From the NCBI RefSeq assembly GCF_902713615.1, contig NC_052147.1:248530886-248594885 (forward strand): a stretch of DNA of 64,000 nucleotides, read 5' to 3'. Every line of letters begins with the position of its first letter. The stretch's first letter is position 1. The notes under the pieces were generated by a model. That model made no database searches, was not told where the DNA came from, and saw only the letters and a program-made list of their open reading frames with translations. This document shows positions 48,716 to 62,100 of this stretch, piece after piece. Source of the stretch: Scyliorhinus canicula. Lineage: Eukaryota. A program made the translations under genes and the position numbers.

Positions 48716-49319
48716 CTGTTGATATAAATCACATGCAAGATTTAATTTAATAATGCTTGTTACCAATGGCATATGGCTAATTACAATGGAGTCAAAGATT
48801 ACAAAATCATGCTGTTAAGCATCTGTTATAAGCTTAGAAGTATTAATGACGGGTAAAATGTGGTTCTTTTTTTCTGATCAAGTAAAGGTGGCAAGAACAG
48901 TTAGTCATGTCACCCCAGGAACAGACAATACTCTGTACACGGTGAACTAGAACAAGCAATTCACAAAACATGTATGAAAGTTCTGCACAGAATTATTTAT
49001 GCATGGCAATTCTTTTCTAATTTTCAACAGGCAACAAGTTTGCACAGCAAAGTAGAGACTACCAAGCATCACATATTTAATTCTAACATTTTATTACATT
49101 TAATCATCATTCATAATACATGAGGTGATGGGAAATGCAAATTATTGTTTTAATATATCTGTCTAATTGCATCAGAATTCAGAGTTCTTGATCTTCAAAG
49201 GGGCTCACTAAAATCCCCGGTGATTTTTAACAGTTCCTACTAAATTTTGCACTGAAAAGTTCAAATTCTTCACTATGATGTTGTTTGTGTCAAATTGTCA
49301 TAGTTTATCAACTTGGGGG

Positions 49320-49359
<40 letters not shown>

Positions 49360-49492
49360 AAAAAAAAATTATACCCATAGCACCGATCAGGGCTTTTGCC
49401 TCCATTTCCCTGTCCAGGAGTCTATTGCATGGGGTCGTTTTCTGCTTAGGACAATCAACCACCTGTGAGCATATCGTACTCGAAGGAACTGT

Positions 49493-50200
49493 GGGGCAGA
49501 ACCTTACCATTATTTTTCGAAGTGTCAGTTCGGGTGAGAAAACTCACTGAATAGCCAGCCTCTTTAGCAAGTTTTTTTCCCACATAATTAAACGCAATGC
49601 TTGCGGCAGCTTACCTCTGGTTTGCTCGCGCCAGAAAAAGTAATTTCTATAACCAGTGGGGCGCTCCTTTTAAATGTCCCTCTAGCACTCTGTAGCACTT
49701 GTTCCAACTCCAGGCAGGGGGCAATGACTGCCAGGAAGACAGCACCATGTCTTACAGACGGAGACCTCAGCAAACCTCTTGATGACATCGAGCTGACGCG
49801 GGAAACTTTGTCCCCACGATCGGGCCGATGTCCAGCTCATGAAGTGACCAACCCCGCCAGGGCCTGTGGCTGCAATTGTGAAAGCCTGCACACTCCAAAA
49901 AAGGGCGGGACGGCAGAGTCATGCAGCCAGGGTAAGTCTCCCTCAGACATTCCTTAACAGAGCCCTCATACTTCCTCTACCCACCTCGCGGGATCACAGC
50001 GCCTGCCATGCACAACCTCTCCCCCCACCCAGTACCTCCAGTGCACCTCAAATGCCTGCTGCCACTCACTTCCCATGCCTTCCAGACACCATCCCCATCT
50101 GATGTGGCATGACTCCCACCTACACACTTCCAGCATTAGCATGGCATCTTTAAGGGATGATCTTTCGCGGACCACAGTACCCACTTAAGGCCTACCGTGT
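49493..50200 (+). mobile_element. Harbinger-type relic with decayed Myb/SANT-like ORF start
   Basis: GGGGCAGAA terminus; MTARKTAPCLTDGDLSKPLDDIELTRETLSPRSG aligns by eye with MAPRRLAPRFGVAGLARLLGAVEARNAVLFPRGS at 54921. Confidence 0.6.
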
Positions 50201-50329
50201 GGGAGCGCGCAAACCCTGACTGATGGGGAAAAGCACGGTACCCTGGGGGCAGGAGTATTGACCAGGAAGTCAAGAATTAAATACCTTGTTTGCTTCAGAT
50301 GCAGCAGAAAAGGCCACATTCAAGTACGT

Positions 50330-51108
50330 TTCTGTGACAGACAGGGCGCACCCAGTTTTTAAAAAACATACCAGGTCTCCAGTGCATGAAGTAAAGAATC
50401 ACAAATAGAAATCGGAGGTTTACAGTTTAAATATGGTGTAAGTAAGCAAGACGGTTCCCATAGAAATTGTCGTCATGACAAGTAAGCATGAAGGTCGACG
50501 CGGAGGTGTCTGCCATGCTGGTGGGTGAACAAACCTATAAGTACCTTAGATGAGGAGCCTAGCCCCTGAGCCTAAGCTGCACAGTTGGTAACATACATAG
50601 GGGAAACCTTAAATATTTTAGGTACAATGATAATTCCGATGTTGTTTCAATAACAATCTGCTCAGTTCCCCATGATCGTTGTGGCAAGGCAAGAGCCAAG
50701 CCTCATGGGGCGAGATTGGCAATGTCAGATGAAACTAAACTGGCCAGAATTTTTCAGGACATCAGGTAACGCTTTAGTCGTGCAAGTATAAAGATATGTT
50801 TCAAGCTTGCCCAAATATAAGTGGTAAGGGCCAGAATTTACGCAAACCCTGGATCGACACAGAAACTCTTCAGAGCTAGGCCCACCCCAGATATGCTATA
50901 CCAGAAAGTTGAGACAGAGTTGACACGCTTGGAAGAATTGGGGATCATAAAATCAGGGCAATTCTCTGAGTCGGCAATCCTTATTGTCCCTACCTTAAAA
51001 CCTGACCACTGTCAGGATCTGCAGTGATTACAAGCTCACCATAAACCAAGTAGCCCGACTTGACAAGTATCCGATCTCTCAGAGAGAAGACCTCTATGTA
51101 AAGTTGGT

Positions 51109-51144
<36 letters not shown>

Positions 51145-52760
51145 ACTCACATATACAAAGCTTATGCTTATTTACAAGTTCAACTGGACGATGAGTCCAG
51201 GAGATATGAAAATGAAAATCACTTATTGTCACGAGTAGGCTTCAATGAAGTTACTGTGAAAAGCCCCTAGTCGCCACATTCCGTCGCCTGTCTGGGGAGG
51301 CGGGTACGGGAATCGAACCGTGCTGCTGGCCTGCTTGGTCTGCTTTAAAAGCCAGTGATTTAGCTCAGTGAGCTAAACCAACCCCTAGATATGCAACCAT
51401 CAGCATACACAAGGGACTTTTCCAATATACCAGGCTGTTCTTTGGTATATCATCTGCTTGTTCAATATTTCACCAGATGATGGAGAACTTGCTGCAAGGA
51501 ATTCCAAAAGTTGAGGTGCACTAAGATGACCTCTTGGTGTAAGAGTCTTCAGACGAGTAGTATCTGGCCAGCTTGGAAGAAGTCCTTAAAAGGTTCAGAG
51601 GTACTTGAATCAGACTAAACAGAGAAAAGTGTACTTTTCAGGCCAGTGCAGTCATGTATTTTGGATTTTAGATGGACTCGAATGGCACATACCCTTTAGA
51701 ACATTAGAATATGAGGTAACAGCCATCAAAGAAGAGGTGCCTGCCCCAAAGAATGTCGCAGAATTGAAAGCATCTTTGGGCATGGTAAATTACTACAGCC
51801 GGTACATCCCCAATTTGGCAACTGCGTTAGCGCCGCTGCACCAACTTTAAAAAAAGCACCTACCCTGGTGTTGGAAAGGCCCACAAAACAAGCTTTACAT
51901 CAAGTCAAACAGGCCCTACAGTTGTCCACCTTTTTGGTCCATTTCAACTCAGGCAAATAGTTCATTTTAACCCGCTACCCTTCGCCTTATGGGATAAGGT
52001 GTCCCACAAGATGGAGGATGGCACAGACAGGCCCATCGCCTTGGCGTCCCCAACACTCACTGATGCAGACAAAAGTATGCACAAATTGAAAAAGAAGGCC
52101 CGCTGCGAGATATGGTGTTAAAAATTCCATCACATGTGTACGGCTGCTGTTTCACCATTATGACCGACCACAAGCCATTATTGGGGTTACTCCACGAGGA
52201 TGAAACAATTCCACCTATCACTTCGGCCAGGGTGCAGCAGTGAGCTTTGCTATTGGCAGCTTGTCTCTACATTTGCCTCCATCGACCGGAGGTGTGGATC
52301 TCCAATGCAGATGCCCTGAGTCTGCTCCTGCTCCCCCAAAGTCTGGCACCACCACCTGAGCCACATGAGATTATCCTGGTCATAAGTATTCTGGAAAGCC
52401 TGCCAGTCTCACTGACCTACATCAGGAACTGAACTCAATATGATATGGTCCTCTTGAAGGTTAAACGAATGATTCTAAGTGGATGACACGATAACATGTC
52501 AATGACACCAGAACCCAGGACACACCAACTGAGGACAGATGAACTTGGTTGTGAAGACAAAGTATTGCTCTGGGCAGAACCATCCCCAGCAAGAGAGCCA
52601 CTGCTGCAACGTGTGCACCTTGGCTAGACTACAATGCAACCATTGGCCAGGAACTACATATGGTGGCTGGGCATTGACAAAGATATTGAGAATCTGGTTC
52701 ATCAATGTGACTTGCCAATCTCAGCAATTCTTACCACTTGCGGCTCATCTGGATCCTGGC
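50330..52760 (+). mobile_element. Decayed Gypsy (Ty3/Mag-like) LTR-retrotransposon internal region
   Basis: Frameshifted protease, RT (ELTRLEELGIIK..IVPTLKPD), RT-RNase H linker (PAPKNVAELKASLGMVNYYSRYIPNLA), RNase H (YAQIEKE, TDHKPLL) and integrase-start (LARNYIWWLGIDKDIENLV) pieces in Gypsy order. Confidence 0.85.
51209..51386 (-). mobile_element. ATTTC-tailed SINE inserted in the Gypsy RT
   Basis: Perfect TSD AGATATG (51202-51208 / 51387-51393). Confidence 0.9.
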
Positions 52761-53240
52761 TATCTGTGGACAAGGTTACATCCTCCGCGGGTTGCCCTTT
52801 GCCGGCCTGCTCAAAATCCCCGTTGTACTGAGATGTGCAACTCCTCCATCTGCTCCTGGTCTAGTTGCTCTCCTCTCTGCAGTGCCAGATTGCGCAGAGT
52901 ACAGCAGACCACTATGAGGCAGGACACCCTCTGGGAGCTGTACTGGAGCACTCCCACTGATTGAGTACAGTTGAGTGCATTCAATGGACCTGCGTTCTAA
53001 CCTCATGGGGGAACGGGACCCTGCCACCTCTCTTGAATAAGGTGGCTGATGAGAAAATTCACCATAATGTCTTGCATTGGGGGCCACATCTATGTCATCT
53101 CTGTTATGTAGATGTGCGCATGAGCCTTGGAATTCAATGTTTGGGGGCTAGGCTTCCAACTATTTGATTAATATAACCCCCAGCTCTCAAGGTTAAGTGA
53201 GTCTTCCAACTTGCACAGCCAGCCATCGATACATGATTCC

Positions 53241-53468
53241 TGTGCAGAGTCTGCACATTCTCCCCGTGTCTGTGTGGGTTTCCTCCGGCTGCTCCAGTTT
53301 CCTCCCACAAGTCCCGAAAGACGTACTTGTTCGGTGAATTGAACATTCTGAATTCCTCCTCAGTGTACTCGAACAGACACCGGAGTGTGGCGACTGGGGG
53401 ATTTTCACAGAAACTTTGTTGCAGTGTAATGTAAGCCTACTTGTGACACTAATACAGATTATTACTAT
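53241..53468 (+). mobile_element. 5'-truncated HE1-core SINE with GTGACA-type tail
   Basis: Homologous to 4050-4345. Confidence 0.75.
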
Positions 53469-54665
53469 TAGAATCGAGTGTTGGGCAAAAAAATGGGATT
53501 GGTGCCATCATTGAAAGGTCCTCGCCATTTCAAAAGCAGTTAAGTACTTTCTACTGAGAAAAAGAGGAAGTTAAAACACTTATGTGCTAGATGTTTATAA
53601 ACATTCTGGATAGCTTCACAGCATGGTATTTGACATGCAGTCAAGCGTGAAGGGAAAGTAAAATAAACAGTCCAGGCAGCTGGCTGTCCAGAAGCTATTA
53701 CCATGTCAGTTACAGCTAACCAAAAGCTATTTCCCTTTGAAAGTGAATAGAAGCCTCACTGATCAAAGGATCTGAGGGGATTTAAATCATTGTGATGTGG
53801 TTTGGCTTTCTATGAAGTAACAGCTGCTGCTTTCATCACTTCAGTCTGAGGTATCAGATGTAAGGGGCTGGGAAGTGAAAAAGCAGTAATTTTTCACTAT
53901 ATCTGCCTGGACTGCTTTTTAAACTTCCAGGCATAGGTGACAGATGGGTTGGTCTCTAATATGGGGTGCCTCTGATAAGGGGGGAGTCAGATGGGTGGTG
54001 GTCTTGTCAGGGTGGTCTCTAATATGGGGATCTCCACTGTGGGGAGTCTGATTGGGGGGTTTGATTGGGGAGGTCTCTGATCTGAGGGGATTTGATGCTG
54101 GGATATGAAGGAGGGAGGTCTGATGGGGTCTCAATTGGGGGTCTGATGGGTGTCTCTGTTGGGGTCTAATAGATCTCTGTTAGGTGTCTGATGGGGGATC
54201 TTTGTTGGGGATCTGAAGGAGATTTAAGTCAATCTCACGTGTGCGGGCTGTTGGGATATGGAGGGTGACCCGTAATTCCCGTGGTGGTGGGCGGGAAATG
54301 GAAGGATGATCCTCCCTGTCAGCTGGGGAGGGGCAGGATTTGCATTGTATGGGGGTGGGGGAAGCTAGAGAGGGGACAGCCACCAGATCTTGGTATCGGG
54401 CTGCCCATTAAAATTGGTATCCCAATAACAGGAGTCCTGTGAGCTCCCTGCCATGCATAACTTTACATGGCAAGGGACAGGGAATCGCCCCTGGGTCCTG
54501 CTATTGGCCTCAGCGCAGACCAGGAGTGATTCTACTCTGGCAGGAGAACTTTGTCTCCCAAACGGAGAATCCTGTCCTAAGTTTCATTTTGTACGTGAAA
54601 ACTAGTGCAAATCATGCCAGCTGTCCAGCGCCATTTCCATGGCAAATCGCTCACACTTAGCAATT

Positions 54666-57600
54666 GGGTGCGATTCTCCAGAAAGATTTCTAAGTGTGGT
54701 AGCAAGCGGGACCTGCCGCGAGCTTCCAGGCACTTGGCCCAGCGAGGCCGGCATTGCTATTTAATGTTAATTGGTTCACTTAACGAGGCACCAAGAGTTC
54801 TCGCCGCAAATGAAGGCTCGCCAGCCGATTTGCCAGAACCGTGCTCACCAGGCCCCCGCTAAAAAGGTCGAGCAACACTTAAGCAGCTCCATCACAGCCA
54901 ACCGCAGCCAGCTCACAACAATGGCGCCCAGGAGACTGGCCCCAAGATTCGGGGTTGCAGGTCTGGCCAGGCTCCTCGGCGCAGTGGAAGCCAGGAATGC
55001 TGTCCTGTTCCCCCGAGGGTCCTGGAGGGTCAGTCACAGGGATGCCAGTCCTGCCTGGGATGAGGTTGCGGCGACTGTGAACAGCGGGAGTGTGACCAGG
55101 AGGACTGACCTCCAGTGCCAAAAAAAGGTCAATGACCTAGACCGGGCAGCATGAGTGAGTAGACATTAATTCCCCCCCCCCCCCCCTTCGCAACACTCCA
55201 TCCACCCCCTACTCTTCATTCGACCCCAACTCTCCATCCACCACCCCTCCCCCTTCAAGCCCCCCCCTCCCCAACCCTTTCTTCCAACCCTCCCTCCCAC
55301 CACTGTGAACCCCGCGTGTGGCTCACAATGCCCTCTCTGTGTCACCTCAGGAAAAGCTCTCCCACAAACAGCGGGAGAGGGCTCAGACTGGCGGTGGGGT
55401 GCCAGAAATAAGAATCATCACCTCCATCGAGGATCGGGCCCTGGAGGTTATTGGGGTGGCCAAGGACAGAGCGGTCTCCAACAGAGAGGAGGGTGGATTC
55501 TGCAGAGGTGAGGAACCACCTGGCTCCACCTGGAGCACCGGTCAAACGTGAGTTGTTATTGCCTGACTGACTGACCCATCCCTCCCACTGACCACATGTC
55601 CATTCTCCAGCAGGTCCTCCAGCCGGCAACGCTAGCCCAGCCCATCCCTCTCCAGCTACCCAGAGAACAGCTGGGAGGGCAGCTATGAGGAAGACACGAT
55701 CAAGGCGACACAACTGTCATCCCCACTTCCACCAGCATAGATATCTGCATCTTGGTGGGAAATGTTCGTGGTCAGGCTTCTGGGGCACAGTCTGGTGAGC
55801 ACCACATTGCTGCTGATACACATCAGGTGGAGGCAGCAACCCCCAGGCGAGTCAGCAGTTGGAAGTTTGCTGGGTCCCAACCTGATGCTGAGCCTGTGGA
55901 AAAGTATTCACGAAGCTGATGGAGACGATAAGGAGCAGTCAGGACATTCAGAGGGAGATGTCAGCAACACTCCAGCAGATCCATGGCTGATTGGAGGAAT
56001 CACAGAGGCTACAGGTGCAGGAGATGCCGCTGGTAGTGCGTGGCACCTAGGCCAGCAGTGGAAAGCCTGGAGCACGATGTCAGCACCATTAGTGAATGTC
56101 TAAGGCGTTGCACAGTCAGTGACGGCCATGGCCGAAGGTCTCGACAAAATGCCTGCCTCGCTGTACCAGGCTGACCTTTATGAGGTTCTGTGGGACATGT
56201 CCCGCTCTCAGATGAGAATGGGGAGGTGCTACGGAGTTTGTCCCAATCACAGGATGACATTGCTGAGGTGCTACAGAGCATGTCCCAGTCACTAAAGAGC
56301 ACCGCCGAGGGTGTTGACATGATGGTGACCCACCAGGGCTGGCAGAGCCAGATGATGCAGAGGCATCCGAAGCTCGGACAAGCTGCCTCTCTGTCCCATG
56401 ATGAACCCCAGGGCCCTATGGGCACCAAGCGAGACAGGGGGTAATGAGTGCCAAACCGGAACCATCCCACGGAGTGGTGATGATGGCCACCAGCTCCACA
56501 GAGTTCCGCCCCTCCGATGAGGCCGCATCTCACATCCAGCACTTGGGAAGGGGCAGCACGACTGTGCAGTGCCGTCGACATAATAAGCCGGACCCTCAGG
56601 CCCCAGAGGGTGTCCGCCAGGAGCAACGAAGGCCATGGGACGTCGTAAAGAGCCGGCTGCCTCCACCTCTGATATACATCCTGGGAATACATCTAGATGT
56701 AGCGGTAGAGCTAGGAAGGCAAAACCCATCGAGGGCACCTGGTGGAGGGGGGTGAGGAGAGGGCTGCGGAACCATTGGGAGAATGGGGAATTGTTGCACA
56801 CAATAAACAACCTTGTGCACAACCAGTATGATGCCTCTGTCACTTTCCTCCGCAATGCGGGCCGACCTCCGAACCTGTAGCCCACCTCTCCAGGCATCTC
56901 CCCCTCCCCATGGCACTCACCCACCCTCAGACATGTCCCCGGAACTGTGTCCCCCATCCCCTAGGTGTTCTAATGTTGGCTGCTGCGTGTGTGGTGTTGC
57001 CTCCCACAGTGTTCAGGCACAGTGTCCAGGCATCGTGGTCTGATAGGATGCTAGGCAATGATTCCCATAAGCTACATGGCCCGCCTGCCCACGGGAATCC
57101 ACTTGGGTTGTGTGAAGTGCTCACATCACCACGATTGCCAATTTTCTATTATCAATAGCCTTCAGCCACACGGCCAGAGGCCTCGGCATTCGGTGGGTGC
57201 TGTGGGTGGTCAGTGAGGAAAATGGGTCGGGATAAGGGTTGCTTCCGGAATGGGTACACACGATCCAAGGTTGTCCTCGGGTTGCCCCCCAGTGCCTCCC
57301 CTCGACTCTCCTATGGCGGTCCCCCCCCTGCGGAGCATCCCCCACCGCAAGCCCAGGGTCCCCCACTCCCCGCTGAGCACTGAGGTGGCTTGCGCAGCGC
57401 CCCAGGCTCTTTGCTTGTGAGCAAAATGGCTACTCACCTCCTCAGCTCCCCACAGATGCCTTTCCGCCAGGTTCATGCATTTAAAACGGCATACTAATAC
57501 ACACCAGGGTGAGCACTTGCTGGGGAGGCCGATGAAAAAAGGGAGGCCATTGGCTATGGGGTTGCTCCCGTTAATTGTATCGAAATAGGGCTTAAATGGT

Positions 57601-57775
57601 GATAATTGGTTTCTCGCCACGCTACGGCGAGATCACGATTTCGCCCACAGGAGCGGGCCGGTTGCATCATGAACTGTTTAGCATCTGCCTTGGTCCTCAT
57701 TTTCGACCTCTCCCGCTATTCGCCGACCTTGTTTCGCTCGAACGAGAGGGCAACGAGGTCAGAGAATTGCGGCAA
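54666..57775 (+). mobile_element. Harbinger/PIF transposon deletion derivative retaining the Myb/SANT gene
   Basis: Imperfect TIRs (GGGTGCGATTCTCC ... AGAGAATTGCGGC); spliced Myb-like gene on +; no DDE transposase motifs found. Confidence 0.75.
54921..56720 (+). pseudogene. Harbinger Myb/SANT-like (NAIF1-like trihelix) DNA-binding protein pseudogene, 3 exons
   Basis: Exon 1 54921-55154 (APRF..LL..V.....LFP...AWDEVAATVNS....RTDLQCQKKVNDL); donor GTGAGT 55155; acceptor cctcag 55350; exon 2 55351-55507 (EKLSHKQRERAQTGGG); acceptor at 55613; frameshifted exon 3 with heptad repeats; in-frame TGA at 55152; AATAAA ~56802. Confidence 0.8.
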
Positions 57776-57898
57776 TTATTTTTGTTGTTTTTGGAGCCGT
57801 AAAAGTGAAGTGTGGGACCTGAAGACGCTGCCCTTTTTAAAATGCGTCCCGACCCCTCCCCCACCAAAAGGATTGTTGGCATCAGAACCCTCACAAAG

Positions 57899-58510
57899 GG
57901 GGCGGGATTTTCTGCCGGCGGGATTTCCTGACGGCATGGGGCCAAAATGGGAAATTCCATTGACCGGCCGGCGTAACGGAGAATCCCGTCGGCGGTCGAA
58001 GCAGAAATGTGGCGCAGCGGGGCGGAGAATCCAGCCCAGGGTCTCCCTCCAGGCCCTGGCTCCTCCGAACCGGCACAAGGCCACCTTCAATCGGCAGCAC
58101 CAGCGCACCCCCCACCCCCAGATCAGGGATGCCCCACTGTGGGGTAACCAAATGCCCTTCCTATACGCCATTCATAGTCATGCCCCCTTTCAAGCCACGC
58201 CTTCATGTTCTCCCCTCAGTCTCCCATCAGCTCTCCCGTTTCCCCTTTCAGGCCACGATCCTTGGCAGTCCCAACTTGGCAGTGCCCCGACACTGCCAAT
58301 CTTACATTGCCAGATTGGCACTGCAAAGGATCCAAGGGGAATTTGCCAGGGTGCCAGGGGGCACTGCTAGGGCACTGCCTTGCCATGTCCTCAACCACCC
58401 GAGGAATCCAATGGCCTCCGAGTGACCACAGGCCGGGGGCATCGGGGCGCTCACGCTATTCTCGTGGGAGAGTGGGATGTGCACATCACCGGCTGAAAAT
58501 GGCCCCCTGT
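57899..58510. mobile_element. Short MITE (57899-58037) nested in a GC-rich Harbinger-like fragment
   Basis: TIR GGGCGGGATTTTCTGCC / GGCGGAGAATCCAGCCC. Confidence 0.6.
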
Positions 58511-59094
58511 GGTTCAGCTTTCGGTGTTATTCATGACCTTCAGAGTTTGAATGTTTCTCCTTTGTCTTGGTGGCTTGGCCGAATATTTAAGTTGAGGTTT
58601 GACCAGAGTATTATAAAGTTTTAACGTGACATCTCGGAATTCGACTCCACTGATTTAACAATGTAGTTCAGCATTCCATTTATTTTGTCAATTGCTGTGC
58701 CACCGTGACTGGGAATGTCAAGTGTCAAGTCTGCTGCTAACTCTAAATCACTTTCAATTTCTTTCTTCGCTATTTCAACACCATAAATAGAATAAATGTA
58801 CTGCCAATTTTTTCTTCCAATGTGAAATAAATTACGTTTAACTGCACTGAATTTCATCTGTCACAGTCCCGCCCACTTTATCTAACTGATTTTCTCATTC
58901 CCTGTCAGCTGCAGACTCAACAACCACCTTCTGCTTCTTCAGGTTAATATTGCTTGTGAATTTGACCAATTTATTTGGATCCAATCCAGTAGTCACTGTT
59001 TAGTTCACAAACAGCAAAGTTCCAGTCTTGATCTTGGGAACATTTCACTCAGCGCTACTCCTGTGCCCTAACATCACACTGCTGACATATTTTG

Positions 59095-59577
59095 GGAGGG
59101 TTTCTCCGTTTCTGAGGCTAAGTGCCGAGGATCTGTGGCTTTTTATGTGAAAAAAAATCACAGTGCCCCCTCACTGATCCTTCGACTAGTGAGGGGAGCA
59201 GTCGTGCCGCGTAAAAACCTGGCTTCCACGATATAAATGGACAGAGAATGGCCGGGTCCGTGGCTGCACATTCGCTTGGCGATAACCTGCAATGGTCGCG
59301 CCATAAAATCCTAACCTGCCAGATAGTGCCCCCCGGCCAACCTCAGGCCATCCCTTAGCCACCCCGACGAGTCTCCCGACCCTCGCGGAAGCCACCACTC
59401 CGGCAACGTGGCTCCTGCCCGACTGTGGCGCCACTGGACACAATCCGCACCCGCCACACTGGGTTCCCGATCACTGAGACTACACGTCAACTGCGCAGTT
59501 GTGAACTCGGCATCAAAAGGGATTCTCCGCCCGATTGTCGATTATGAAATCGCCATCGGGGAATGGAGAATCCCGCT
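59095..59577. mobile_element. GC-rich MITE, Harbinger-type
   Basis: Imperfect TIR GGGAGGGTTTCTCCGTT / AATGGAGAATCCCGCTC. Confidence 0.55.
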
Positions 59578-59639
59578 CTTTATCTTTCCTTTTCAGTTTT
59601 ATACCTCTTCACCTCCCTGTTCTCATTTATGGCACGCTT

Positions 59640-60430
59640 TAATATTGCCTATTTGACCAAATTTCCATGGCGAGTTTTCTGCTCGCCATCTGCAACAGAA
59701 ATACCAAGAACAAAATCCTGACGCTGTTCGCCATCTTTTGTTGACCTGCCTTTGACACTGTTAGCCCTGAAGAGCTCTGAAGGTTTATGAGCATGTTTGG
59801 GTGCCCAGGCAAATTAATTAAGATGGTTCGACAGTTCCACAATGGCATGTGGGCCTGCATCCTTGATGACAATGAGTCTTCAGTCCCCTTATTTGTCACC
59901 AATGGAGTGAACCAGGTCTGCGTCTGACACCGAACCACTTCAGCATCATGTTCTCAGCCATGTTTACTAATGCCTTCCAGGATGAAGACCCAGCATAGGC
60001 ATTAACTACTGAGTAGACGGCAAGCTTTTCAAACTGCGACACCTCCAAGCTAAGACCTAGGTATTCATTGATAGACTGTGTGATTTTCTATTTGATGAAA
60101 TGCTTCAAGAATAATCTTAAAGCCTCCCTTCAAGGACATCAAAACTAACACTACATCATGGGGGATCCTTGCCAGGGGCCGGCTCAGACTGGAGAAATAC
60201 AATTGCCAACGGCACATCGATATGTGAGGAACAACAGTGTCAGCTGAAAACAAGCGCACGGCACGTAAAAAACATTAGCACAGAAACGCAACTACCCGCC
60301 AGCCTCATTGTCCTGCCCCACTGCACTAGAGCTGTTTGTGTCAAAATCGGACTTATCAGTCACATTATCACCCATGCAGCTGAACGGCTGGATGACAACT
60401 GAAGGTGGTCTGCTTCAATACTGATGGGCG
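59640..60430 (+). mobile_element. Old RTE LINE fragment
   Basis: Decayed RT segment (FGCP..LIKMVRQFHNGM, VTNGVNQ). Confidence 0.6.
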
Positions 60431-60612
60431 AACAACGACAATGAATGTATGAACTGGTTCTGCAGTAACTAGCTAATATGTAACGAGTGTTAATCCACAA
60501 ATGACCATAGGTTTAGAGACAATTAACTATATATAGCTTGAGGAGCACTATTCCACAAACATGGGGCAGGATGAAGAGATCGGTCTCAATTAATACCACG
60601 GCTAGGGCAGAT

Positions 60613-60800
60613 AGGGGCTGGTTTAGCTCACTCAGCTAAATCGCTGGCTTTTAAAGCAGACCAAGCAGGCCAGCAGCACGGTTCGATTCCCGTACCAGCC
60701 TCCCCGGACAGGCGCCGGAATGTGGCGACTAGGGGCTTTTCACAGTAACTTCATTGAAGCCTACTCGTGACAATAAGCAATTTTCATTTCATTTCATTTC
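60613..60800 (+). mobile_element. Full-length young tRNA-derived SINE with (ATTTC)n tail
   Basis: A-box-like TGGTTTAGCTCA, B box GGTTCGATTCCC; near-identical copies elsewhere in the window. Confidence 0.9.
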
Positions 60801-60839
60801 ATATTGAACCCTTGCTGTTGGCTTAATACTGCATCATAC

Positions 60840-62100
60840 TTTTTAAAATTAATTTACGGAATGCGTTGCTGGTTAGGGCAGCACCTATTGCCCATCTGTA
60901 GTTGCCCTTCAGAAGGTGGTGGTGATTTGCCTTCTTGAACCTCTGTAGCCCTTAAGGTGTAGGTATGCCCACATTGCTGCTGGGTGGGAGTTCCAGGATT
61001 TGGAATCAGCGACAGTGAAGGAATAGTCACATATTTCCAAGTCAGGGCGGTGATAGATTTGGAGGGGAACCTCCAGGTGGTTGTGTTCCCATGTATTTGC
61101 TGCTCTTGTCCTTCTAGATTACTGTGGTCATGGGTTTGGAAGATGCTGTCTCAGGAATCCTGGTGAGTTCCTGAATTGCATCTTTTAGATGGTACACACG
61201 GCTGCTACTATGTGTTGGTGGTTGAGGGATTGCGTGTGTATGGAAGGTGTAGCAATCAAAGCAGGTTGCTTTGTCCTAGATTGTGTTCAGCTCCTTGAGT
61301 ATTGTTGAAGCTGCATTTATGGAGGCAAGTAAGAGGATTCCATTACACTCCTGACTTGTGCCTTGTAGACGGCGGACAGGCTTTGGGGGGGGGTCAGAAG
61401 GTGAGTTACTCGCCATAAGATTCCTAGCCTTCGACCTGCTCTGGTAGCCACAGTATTAATGTGGCTAATCCAGTTCAGTTTCTCATCAATGGTAACACTC
61501 AGAATGTTGATTGTGGGGGATTGAATGATCGTAATGCCATTGAATGACAATGGGTGATGGTTGTTTTCTTTTGTCAGTGATGTTCATTGCCTGGAGCTGG
61601 TGTTGTGTAAATGTAACTTCCACTTGTCAGTCCAAGCCTGGGTATTGTCCAGTTCTTGTTGCGTTTGGACATGGACTGCTTCATTATCTCAGGAATTGCG
61701 AATGGTGCTGAACATTATGCAGTCACCTGCGAACATCCCTACTTCTGACCTTATGATGGAAGGGATTGATGAAGTAGCTGAAGATGTTTGGGCCTAGGAC
61801 ACTACCCTGCGGCACTGTTTCAGTGGTGTTGTGGAGCTGAGATGATTGACCTCCAAGCATCTTCCTTTGTGCCAAGTAACCACTGGAGAGTTTCCCCCCT
61901 GATTCCCATTGGTTACAGTTTTGTTAGCGCTCCCTAACGCCATATTCAGTCAAATGCTGCCTAGATGTCAAAGGCAGTCACTCTCAATTCACCTCTGATA
62001 TTCAGCTCTTTCGTCCATGTTTGAACCAAGGCTGCAATGAGGTCAGGAACTGAGCGAGCCTGGCGGAGCCCAAGCTGAGCGTCCATGAGCAGGTTATTAC
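60840..62100 (-). mobile_element. Old CR1-group LINE 3' portion
   Basis: TINILSVTIDEKLNWISHINTVATRAGRRLGIL...YKAQVRSVME peptide. Confidence 0.8.
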
